Shown: positions 1 to 9,275, numbered from the stretch's first letter. The stretch is DNA of 21,942 nucleotides from Paramoeba atlantica (GCA_977017575.1 CDRNVI010000239.1:1-21942); one strand, 5' to 3'. The notes: a model not told the origin generated them from the letters alone. Numbers and translations are program-made.

Positions 1-931
1 CCTAAACCCTAAACCCTAAACCCTAAACCCTAAACCCTAAACCCTAAACCCTAAACCCTAAACCCTAAACCCTAAACCCTAAACCCTAAACCCTAAACCC
101 TAAACCCTTAAACCCTAAACCCTAAACCCTAAACCCTAAACCCTAAACCCTAAACCCTAAACCCTAAACCCTAAACCCTAAACCCTAAACCCTAAACCCT
201 AAACCCTAAACCCTAAACCCTAAACCCTAAACCCTAAACCCTAAACCCTAAACCCTAAACCCTAAACCCTAAACCCTAAACCCTAAACCCTAAACCCTAA
301 ACCCTAAACCCTAAACCCTAAACCCTAAACCCTAAACCCTAAACCCTAAACCCTAAACCCTAAACCCTAAACCCTAAACCCTAAACCCTAAACCCTAAAC
401 CCTAAACCCTAAACCCTAAACCCTAAACCCTAAACCCTAAACCCTAAACCCTAAACCCTAAACCCTAAACCCTAAACCCTAAACCCTAAACCCTAAACCC
501 TAAACCCTAAACCCTAAACCCTAAACCCTAAACCCTAAACCCTAAACCCTAAACCCTAAACCCTAAACCCTAAACCCTAAACCCTAAACCCTAAACCCTA
601 AACCCTAAACCCTAAACCCTAAACCCTAAACCCTAAACCCTAAACCCTAAACCCTAAACCCTAAACCCTAAACCCTAAACCCTAAACCCTAAACCCTAAA
701 CCCTAAACCCTAAACCCTAAACCCTAAACCCTAAACCCTAAACCCTAAACCCTAAACCCTAAACCCTAAACCCTAAACCCTAAACCCTAAACCCTAAACC
801 CTAAACCCTAAACCCTAAACCCTAAACCCTAAACCCTAAACCCTAAACCCTAAACCCTAAACCCTAAACCCTAAACCCTAAACCCTAAACCCTAAACCCT
901 AAACCCTAAACCCTAAACCCTAAACCCTAAA
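1..931 (+). repeat. Telomeric array (CCCTAAA)n, i.e. TTTAGGG-type telomere, about 133 units
   Basis: Uninterrupted 7-mer array from base 1 to 931, with a single CCCTTAAA variant at 105-112. The C-rich strand at the 5' end is the orientation expected for a left chromosome end. Confidence 0.99.
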
Positions 932-1076
932 AAAAAATGGATTTATAACTAATTAAACTCAACATATACAAGGAAAAAACCAAAAAAAAGTTGAGTCCTC
1001 TATGGAATAGTATGGAAATAGAGACAAGAATAAAGAACAAGAACAAAAAACAAAGAAAGAACAAACTTGGTTCAAT

Positions 1077-1108
1077 GGGGAGTTTCCAAACCAGCCAATT
1101 TAAATGGT
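1077..1108 (+). repeat. Left TIR of element A
   Basis: Aligns without gaps to B's left end (GGG.A..T...AAACCAG.CAA...AAATGGT.CC) and imperfectly to the reverse complement of 6342-6373. Confidence 0.7.
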
Positions 1109-1155
1109 TCCAAATTTGGAATAGCACAGAAAACGTTCTTTTTTGTGTTTTGTGA

Positions 1156-2091
1156 ATAGCCTTCATTCCTTGTTTGCCTTCCAACTTTTCTAAGGATTCT
1201 GTTGCTCTTTTCGTGAGTGGTTTTCAAAATTTTCAAAAAAGAAAAAATATAATAGCTTGTGGGGATGTGAGGAAACTTCAGTTCCTCCAAGAAACTCCGA
1301 ACCAGTGGAATTATGAGGGGTTTGTTCATGCTGAGAAAACTGCCAACAAGAACTATCTGGTTCAAACTTTGCTTACTCCTTCTAGAATATTTTCATCATC
1401 TTGTCCTTGCCAAAGTGGGCGAAACGCTCATAATAAATGTAAGCATGTTGCTGCATTATTGTTGAATCTCTTTTTTCTCACAAATCATTTGAATTCTCTA
1501 CTGAAGTGGATTATGAATTGAAAGAAGAAACTTGCTCACTTTTCTTGTCCTCCTGATTGGCCACTTTACCAGAAAATCAGATTTGATTTGAATTGGAATG
1601 GGATCAAAAAAGGATTCTTTGAAGACATCCCAAGGCACAATGACAAGCGACCAATTCTTATTACATCCCCTGTGGTTTCAAAGAGAAAAAAAAAACAAAA
1701 AGAGAATGGAAAAAAGAAAATAGAAGTAATAGGAAAGAAAGATGAAAAGAAAGATGAGAAAGAAAAAAAGAAAGAGAAAGAGAAAGGGAAAGATGAAAAA
1801 GAAAAAGAGAAAAAGAAAGAGGAACAGGAGGAAGGGAAAAGAAAGCAGAAAGTGAGAGGGAAAAAGAAAGCAAAAGAAAAAGGAAAGAAAAAAGAAAAAG
1901 AAAAAAAAGATAAGGAAGGAAAAGAAGACAAAGAGAGAAAAAGAAAACAACAAGAACAAAGTTTGGAAACTTCCTTTGGCCCACCAAAAAGAAAAAAATC
2001 TCCAATTGGTTACCCAGAATACTTAAAAGGTGCAAGTCAATCAGCAAAAGAAAAGTGGAGAGTTTCTCAAATTCAATTGAAAGAAAAATAA
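1156..2091 (+). pseudogene. Element A ORF2: SWIM zinc finger + Lys/Glu-rich protein (312 codons, disrupted)
   Basis: SWIM motif CPCQSGRNAHNKCKHVAALL. ORFs 1174-1521 and 1588-2091 share one frame, split by TGA at 1519-1521. The start codon is mutated to ATA at 1156 (IAFIP versus MAFVP in B). Confidence 0.85.
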
Positions 2092-2101
2092 ATATTTATT
2101 T

Positions 2102-2992
2102 TTAAATTTGTTAAATGTTGTTATTCAAAAGAAACCAATTCACAAGACCACAAGAGAACATAATCATTTTGTAAGTTCTCATTACATTAGAGCAACAGGT
2201 TGGGTTATGAAAAATTGGCCAACTTTTGATTCACTGGATTGTCCTCTCAACAACACCTTGCAAATGAGCAATCGCAGGGTCAAATTCAATATCTCACAGT
2301 TTGGAATCTTTGGCTTTCTCTCCAACTTCCTCACCTTTCTCATTCACTTCCTTTGTTTCTTCCACTGTCTTCATCACTCACACAACCCATCCATCAGGTT
2401 TTGAAGCATAAGAATATGCTTTGTCTCCTCCAATCTTTTTCTTGTACTTCTTTTCATCAACTTCTGTCTCACAGTTCAAATACTTTTGTGCAAGTTTTTC
2501 AGCCATCTTCTCATTTTCCCAGTGGGTTTTATCATGGATCAATCCTCTTTCAAATTTTTTGGAAACATATACAATCTGTCCATGAGGTGAGATAACAACA
2601 AAAAAAACAATGGCTTGAACTGAGTGCTTTCCATTCTGAAAAGTCCACGATGTGAGAGGGCACTGTGTATTGTTCACTTCAACAACCATTCCATCCACAA
2701 AATAAAACAGGGTGTTCCAAAACTTCTGGTATTTTTCTTGAGAGTAAATTTTCCATGAATTATCAATCCATTCTTTATCAAAGAGAAAGTAGATTTGCTC
2801 CTTTGCCCAGGGCAGAAGGTCATCCAAGATCTTATCAAACCATCTTGTCAGTGTTGTGTTTGATATTGTTGTGTCATTCACATAAAAAGACTTTGCAATT
2901 GTTTCCATTGGAAGGCCTGTTGAAAAAGTGAAAAAGAGTAAATCCAATAAATTTTCAGGAGTAAATTTAACTGATGGGCAATTGCTTGGCAT
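2102..2992 (-). pseudogene. Element A transposase, C-terminal half (HTH-like + DDE_Tnp_4-type catalytic domain)
   Basis: Catalytic-type motifs YFVDG (D1), GGDKAY (D2) and GVVERTIQ*IKSW (E), typical of IS5/ISL2/Harbinger transposases. In-frame stops at 2378, about 2293, about 2231 and 2111; no frameshift. Confidence 0.85.
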
Positions 2993-3024
2993 GGGCAAAT
3001 AAAAAACCAGTCAAAAAAAATGGT
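2993..3024 (+). repeat. Left TIR of element B
   Basis: GGGCAAATAAAAAACCAGTCAAAAAAAATGGT, an imperfect inverted copy of 5545-5574 whose first 8 nt match perfectly. Confidence 0.85.
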
Positions 3025-3071
3025 CCCTACTTTTAGATAAGCTTTTTTTGTTTTTTTGTTTTTGTTTGAGA

Positions 3072-3875
3072 ATGGCGTTTGTTCCTGCGATGTCTGATGC
3101 ATTTTCTGAAGACACAATCTTGCTTTATGTTGTGGGAAAGCAGAATTTCAACAGAGTCAAAGTGATGATTGCTTGTGGTGATGTTCATGATCTTCATTTC
3201 TCTGAATCAGAAGCTGGTCAATGGAACTACGAAGCATTTGTCCATGCAGAGATGGTTGCCAACAAGAATTACCTTGTTTGTGTTTCACTTGCTTGTTCTT
3301 CAATTCTGACCACAAAATGTGTTTGCAAGGCCTTCAAGAACAAGCATAACAAGTGTAAGCATGTTGCTGCTTTATTGTTGACTCTTTTTCTTCTTGCAAA
3401 ATGTCCAAACTCTCCACCGAAGTGGATCACAAATTGAAGAAGAAAGTTTGTGTCAATGAAATGTCCTTCTGATTGGGCAATTTATAAAAAAATCAAATTT
3501 GATTTGGATTGGGATGGAATTAAATGAGGATTTTTTGAGAAAGTCCCAAAACACAATGATAAAGCTCCAGTCCTTATCACTTCCCCAGAGGTAAAGAAGA
3601 GAAAGAAAAAAGATCCAGAAAAGAAACAAACAAACAAAAAAGAAAGTCAAGAAAAAAAAAGTTAGAAAAAGAAAGAATCAAAGATAAAAGAAAGGGAAGA
3701 GGAAGGGGTGGAGAAGAAGAAGAAAAGAAAAAGAGAATGTGAAAAACCCCTTCAGTTTGGGCCAACAAAAAGAAAGAGAACACCAATCTCATACCCAAAA
3801 GAATTGGAAGGAACAAGTCAATCAAAAAAAGAAGAATGGTGACTTGCTTAAGTTTTGGAAGAAGTAAAAAAATAA
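3072..3875 (+). pseudogene. Element B ORF2: SWIM zinc finger + Lys/Glu-rich protein (268 codons, disrupted)
   Basis: ATG at 3072; CVCKAFKNKHNKCKHVAALL. Collinear with A's ORF2 through FGPxKRKxxPIxYP...GxSQS. In-frame stops at 3435, 3525, 3663, 3840 and 3849. Confidence 0.85.
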
Positions 3876-3896
3876 AATCAAAAATATTATTAGTAT

Positions 3897-5454
3897 TTAA
3901 ATTTGTTTAATATTACATTTTTCAAGAAACCAATTCATCAAAGCAGCAGAAAACAAAATCATTTTGTATGTTCACATCAAGTTGTTACAATGGCTTGGTT
4001 GTTGGAATATTGGCCAGCATTTAATTTGTTGGATCGTTTGTTTGACAACACCTTGCAATCGTGCAATTGCAGGATCAAAGACAACATCCTTCAACTGAGC
4101 ATTCTTTGCCTTCTCCCCCACCTCCTCTCCTTCTTTGTCCAGATTTCAAGTTTCCTCACCAGATTTTGTAATTCTTATGCCCCACCCTTCAGGTTTGTTG
4201 ATGTAAGGATATGCTTTGTCCCCCCCAATCTCTCTCTTAAAGGTTTCCCCATTGATACAAGTTTCGTGGCTCAAATACATGTGAGTGAGTTCTTTCACCA
4301 CAGAAGCCTCATTCCAATGGGTTTTGTCATGAACTGATCCATCTTAAAGGTTGTTTGAAAGATAAACAATTCATCCACAAGGAGAAACAACAACAAAAAA
4401 CACATATGCTGGGATTGTATGTTTTCCATTTCGAATTGCACAGGAGATTAAAGGGTCACCACTATTTTGTCATTCCACCACAGTTCCATCAGCAAAATAG
4501 AAAAGGGTTTTCCAATATTGTTGATACTCATGTGTTTCACAAATTTTCCAGGAATCACAAATCCACTCTTCATCAGAAAGAAAGAAGATTTGAGATTTTG
4601 TCCATGGGAGAAGATCTTCCAATGCTCCATCAAACCAATTTATCAATGTTTTTGAACAAATCAGTTGATCATCCACATAAAATGATTTTGCAATTGTCTC
4701 AAAAGGGAGTCCTGTTGAAAATGTAAAAAAAAGTAAATCTAAAAGGAGACTTGGGGTTTTTTTTACAACTGAGGAAGTTGGATCAATTTTGAGATATCCA
4801 GTGAGTTCAGAGAAAAGCTCATTGTGGATTCTTGGATCCTTTATTCAAAACCATGATACCTTATCTTCAATCTCACTAAGGTTCAAATGAATTCCTGCTT
4901 TTTGTTTCATTAGTCTTCTTTTCATGTGGTGGAAATTTCTTTCAACTTCCATTTTCTGTTGGTCCAGAACAGAAACACGGAACTGTAATTCCTCATTTTT
5001 TTCCTCCACTTCTTCTTGCTTCTTTTCCACTTCTTCTTGCTTCTTTTTCAAATTCACAATTTCTTCTTTCAACTGGGAAACCAAATTGAGTTTTGGTCTT
5101 TGAGAAGAGACAAACTCTCAGGGGTACAGAGCCTTTTGTTTTGAGTTTCTACTGGAGATTCATGAGAAACTTTCAAATCCCTGTTTTTTTTTCAAGTGAG
5201 TTCAATGGACACAAAAGAAATTAAAATAGAGAGGCTACATTGATTTTTTTTATCCCAGGGTAGGTTCTCCTTGTGTATCGAACCACCTCCTCATGATCAT
5301 GATCATTGAAGTGATCACAACATAAATATACATGTTTGGATGGTGTTTCTTTTTGGTGGATTTGACAAAGCCATTCAAGGTCATCTCTAGGTAAGGTTTT
5401 ACTCATGTGTGTTGTCTTGACAACTTGTTCACAAAGATAACATTTCAATCCCAT
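3897..5454 (-). pseudogene. Element B THAP-DDE transposase (500 codons after splicing, disrupted)
   Basis: MGLKCYLC...W...LCCDHF (THAP-like); intron 5238-5181; coiled coil; YFADG and GGDKAY. The third catalytic Glu is mutated to Lys (GTC AAA). Eight premature stops and no frameshift. Confidence 0.85.
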
Positions 5455-5544
5455 TTTCAGAGACAAACCACAGGAAATGCACAAAAAGAAAAAACAGGCA
5501 AAAAGCTTATTTCAAATATGGGTAATAGACCCTATTATTTAAAC

Positions 5545-5574
5545 ACCTAAATTTTGGCTATTTTTCATTTGCCC
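5545..5574 (-). repeat. Right TIR of element B
   Basis: Reverse complement GGGCAAATGAAAAATAGCCAAAATTTAGGT. Confidence 0.85.
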
Positions 5575-6242
5575 ATGACAAGTCTTCCAGAGAGTTCTGC
5601 AAAAAGTTGTTGATGGAGGGCAACATTCTTTGTCCAAAACCAACAAACTTTCTCTTCAATATCACCAAGTGAGATACAAATTCCTGATTTTCTTTTTCAA
5701 ATTCTTTTTTCTTCTTCTTCTTCATCAATTCTCTTTGATTGTTCACTGTTTTGTTGTTGGAGCACACAAATCTGAAAATCTGAGTTGGTTTTGTTTCTCT
5801 CTAACTCTTGATTCTTTCTCTCTAACTCTTCAATTCTTGCTGTTAAAGAAGAAATTTGATCTCTTTCAATCTTTTTCTTCTTTGGTGGAGGTTTGTCTTG
5901 GGGGGTCAGAGACTTTTGTTTTGATGGACGAGAAAAATTTTCGAATTCCTGATGAAAAGTTTAATAATGAGAAGAAGAAGAAAGAAAGAATAACATAGTT
6001 TTTACCTCCATTTTTTTAATCCCAGGAAATATTTTCTTTTCAAATCAAAAGATGCCTTCATGGGCATTAAAATGCGTACAACAAACACAGTGAGTGGTAG
6101 AGTGAGTGGGAGAGTGAGGGACAGTTTTCGAATAGATCTTGCATAAAAACACAAAATCATTTGTTGGAATTGAAGTTATTGTATGTTGGTGGGCACTGGT
6201 TTCAAGATCACAACCACAAAGGAAACATTTTTTCATTCCCAT
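5575..6242 (-). pseudogene. Element A transposase, N-terminal half (THAP-like C2CH zinc finger + coiled coil)
   Basis: MGMKKCFLCGC...CVCCTHF. GT-AG intron 6005-5949. Collinear with B's N-terminus (FPGIKK/YPGIKK, SKQKSL/SKQKAL, IEEKVCWF/IEDKVSWF, ELSG/ELTG). Confidence 0.8.
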
Positions 6243-6341
6243 TCTGAAAATGAAGACTGAGAAAACGCACCATCTTTCACTCCAACAGCTTTCCACGGAA
6301 AAATATTATTTAAAAATAGGGGCACCCCCCCTATTTTTTTA

Positions 6342-6373
6342 AACACCCAAATTTGACTTTATGGGAATTGCCC
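6342..6373 (-). repeat. Right TIR of element A
   Basis: Ends ...AATTGCCC followed by AT. Similar to B's right end (AAACACC.AAATTT..G.CT...TTGCCC). Confidence 0.75.
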
Positions 6374-7059
6374 ATGTCTTTTATCATATGTGTCCCAAAA
6401 GCCAAAAAGAACAAAAGAAAGTTTACGCTCTTTCACCCACAAATGGGTCCAAAGAACAAAACCTCTTTTGTACAAAAAAGGGCAACAAATAATTTACAAT
6501 TATTCACAATTGGAAAACACACACAAAACAGTTCAGTGTTTCTGCTCACCAACAAAACGACAAAGTCAACAAAACCAACTATGACAACCCAACACACAGG
6601 AGCAACAAGGTTTATTAATAATAAATAAAAGCAAACCAAAACTAGTTTGAACAAAGATTCCCAAAATCAAATAACCACAAGGGGAAAAAAAGAAACAGGC
6701 AGGAAATGGGCCTTTGCACACTTCTACTCAACGAAACTGATGATCGACAAACAGTGATCAGGAAACAATATCAACATCTCCCTGAGAAGTTTCTCAAGGA
6801 AGGCAGACCTGCACCTCATTCTTCTTTTTTTCTTCCTCTTCTTCTTGTTCCTCCTCTTCTCATTCCTTTCATTCTCTTTCTTCTTCCGTCTCTTCTCTCT
6901 TCTTCTTCTCTTTTCTCTTCTTTCTCTCTTCTTCTCTGCTCAGAGAGAAAAAGTCAACACTCTCAATCCTCCTTCTCCTCTCAACCCTCTTCTCCCCTTC
7001 TTTTTCTACCAACTTCCTCTCTTCAATCAATTACCTCAAAAGATATTTTCCAATCTTTT

Positions 7060-7932
7060 CTACTTTGCTGATTTGATGTTAATAATCCCTTCGTGAGAGA
7101 GCTCCTTCGCCACAAAATCAAACACTTCAGCAACCCCGATATCATCTTTTGCACTTGTTTCAAAATAATGACATTGATTCCCTTCAAAATGAGATAAACA
7201 CCATTCTCGACCTTCTTGCTCACTCACTTGCCTCTCTTTTACCAAATCAACCTTTGAACCAACAACAATAAAGAGAGGAGAGTTTTGGGGAGTGAATGCA
7301 TGTGTCATACATTCTTTTTCCCAATGTTCAAGACGATCAAAAGAATTTCGATTTGCCAAATCAAAGACCAAGAAAACTGCATCACTTCCACGGTAGAACA
7401 CTGGACCAATACTGTGATATCTTTCTTGTCCAGCTGTATCCCAAAACTAGAATTGACAGGAAAGAAGACAGAATTATCAAAAGAAAAAACACATTGTTCC
7501 CACTCAATCTCTTTCTTTCTCTTCTTTTTTCTTTCTCTTCCTTTCTCTTCTTTTCCTTATTGGTTCTCTGTGTCAATAAGTTTCTTTCACAACACACACG
7601 TCGTGTTTGATGAAAGACAAACCTCAAGGGTGATTTTTCGATCATCAGGTAAATCAATTTTTGCTGTTAAAAAACTCACCCCAATAGTCGAGACTGGGAT
7701 GGGATCAAATCTTTTATACATGTACCGTGTAATCAAAGAAGATTTTCCAACTCTAAAAAAGAGGTTGTTTGAAAGAGAAACAATTTTTGCTCTCACCCAC
7801 TCTTTTTTTTTATCAAAAACAAAAAACAAACCCAGGTTCTCCAACAAAAGTAACTTTAACTTTCTCTTTAATTTTTTGGGGGATGAGACAATCCAATTCT
7901 TGTTCTGTTTCTTCACCAGAACAACATGCCAT
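7060..7932 (-). CDS. Rab-family small GTPase (3 exons: 7932-7832, 7752-7623, 7446-7060)
   Basis: Spliced model gives G1 GEPGVGKSS, switch I STIGVSF, G3 FWDTAGQERY, G4 GSKVD and G5 ETSAK. Both introns are GT-AG and in phase. Subfamily not assignable by eye. Confidence 0.9.
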
Positions 7933-8155
7933 GTTGTCTGCTGTTTCTGCAAGAAATTCAAAAAAAAAAAACGAAAATTGGAAAATTGGGTCGTTTTATC
8001 GATTTTGTTATTATTTTGAAATGTTGTTCTCTTTTTGTGTTTGTGTGGAAAATAATCAAACTTTGATTTCACTATGAAATTTCATTCCAATATTTTGGTT
8101 TTGGTTTATTCCCATAAAATATTTAATAAAAAAGATAAAACAAGTTTTTTTCCCC

Positions 8156-8990
8156 TTATTTCAAGCTTGGTGATGATATTGAACACAACGCCTTGCTCAA
8201 CAACCCTGACCTTTTTTTCTTCTCTTTCTTCTCTTTCTTTTCCATCCCGCGGCAATTTTTTAATTGTTTGTTGATTGAGTTACTTGGGCGCAGAAATTGG
8301 TGGGCCAAATCTAACTGAACAATATCGTGGGCCCCTGCACGGCAGCCGAGACAACCCGCGAGCGCTCTTTCTTGTTCCAGTGACAAGGGGTATTGAATGT
8401 AATCAACGATCGTAGCGCTCAGCTAAAAAAAGAGAGAGAAGAAGAAAATAATCATTTAGGTGTTTGAAAAAAAAAATTGAAATTCAGCCCCAAAGTTTTG
8501 TTATTACCTGAGTGGAAAGAACCCGAAAACGATCTCCCTGCAAGATGATCATTGTTTGGCCATTCCCTGCTGGGAATTCGTAGGTAGTGTGTTTGTTTAA
8601 CCGAATAGTCCCCACTCCTCCACCCTGAGAGAACTTGCCACTCACATCTGACATTGCAAGAAGAGGGGTATCCTCCAAGACTGTGAGGGAACAGTGAATC
8701 CCAGCAGGGCCGGTGGAGTTGTCAATGGTAATCACCGATTCAGAACTGAGGAGAGGAGTCCCCCCAATGTCGGTAATATGGCCGTCATCGTTGGTGTTGG
8801 CATCCATGATATAGTAGGTGGCAATGACCAATCCGAACGTGGCGAGCAACACGAGCATGATGACGATAAAGAAGATAATCAAGAGGTTTTTCAGGTCCAC
8901 GATTTGGTTCCCACCCTCATCGATTTTCGTTTCAATCATGGTCCATGATCGACTACTCGAGTTTTTCATCGCAGATCGAGGCGATTCCAT
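8156..8990 (-). CDS. Predicted membrane-anchored protein of unknown function (exons 8990-8508 and 8422-8156; about 249 aa)
   Basis: Long hydrophobic segment LLIIFFIVIMLVLLATFGLVIATYYIM. A phase-0 GT-AG intron (8507-8423) joins two open frames. The start and 3' end are uncertain. Confidence 0.6.
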
Positions 8991-9275
8991 CTTGGAGAAA
9001 TTTTTGACCCAGAGTCTCAAACAACAAAAGATCAAGAACCAGAAAAACAACTTAAAAACCAAAAAGACCCGATGAAGATACGAACGAAAGGTGGTCTGGT
9101 AGGGACAATCCCGTTCAAAAATAGTGCGGGGGTCGGGAAAACGAGATTTCTGCGTCACAGTTTCTGACGTGGCGGCCTCTCATTGGACAATCGAGTGAAA
9201 GTTTTTCGGTAACATTTTGGAACAACGCCAATTTTTTTGTTTTTTTTGTTTTTGCACACCACTGAACCACCGAAG
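8991..9275. promoter_or_regulatory. Putative bidirectional promoter
   Basis: 285 bp between divergent ATGs at 8990 (-) and 9276 (+). CpG-rich, with inverted CGTCA-N7-TGACG (CRE-like half sites, 9153-9169) and an ATTGG/CCAAT-like box near 9182. Confidence 0.4.

Larger units (their letters stand above)
2993..5574. mobile_element. Element B: related ISL2EU/PHIS-like transposon (2582 bp) nested in element A's transposase gene
   Basis: AT at 2991-2992 and 5575-5576. Termini GGGCAAATAAAAAACCAGTCAAAA and (reverse complement) GGGCAAATGAAAAATAGCCAAAA. Same two-gene convergent layout as A. Removing B plus one AT rejoins A's transposase in frame. Confidence 0.9.
1077..6373. mobile_element. Element A: ISL2EU/PHIS-like TIR DNA transposon (degenerate), about 2.7 kb excluding nested element B
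   Basis: Flanked by AT at 1075-1076 and 6374-6375. Left end GGGGAGTTTCCAAACCAGCCAATTTAAATGGT; right end reverse complement GGGCAATTCCCATAAAGTCAAATTTGGGTGTT. Contains a SWIM gene (+) and a THAP-DDE transposase (-). The left terminus is 79 bp from the SWIM start codon, exactly as in element B. Confidence 0.85.

Noticed and set aside
105-112. Single CCCTTAAA telomere variant
   Set aside because: One extra T, explicable as telomerase slippage or sequencing error.
1566-2047. Phe/Ser/Leu-rich minus-strand ORFs (also 3577-3825, 6706-7071 and 13699-13914)
   Set aside because: Antisense shadows of purine-rich Lys/Glu tracts, not membrane proteins.
3025-5523. CCCTA...ATAAGC motifs as the true termini of B, and 5530-6322 as a separate third element
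   Set aside because: The outer GGGCAAAT ends have AT duplications and their removal restores A's frame, so these motifs are subterminal and 5575-6373 is part of A.
1156-6242. TGA reassigned to an amino acid (alternative genetic code)
   Set aside because: Host exons have no in-frame TGA and DNLZ ends in TGA. The TE copies also show the complementary CAA/CAT/CAG changes expected from CpG decay.
1011-6492. About 60-codon open frame across A's empty site (EQTWFN|VFYHMCPK)
   Set aside because: Short, in A-rich sequence, with no recognisable motif; compatible with chance.
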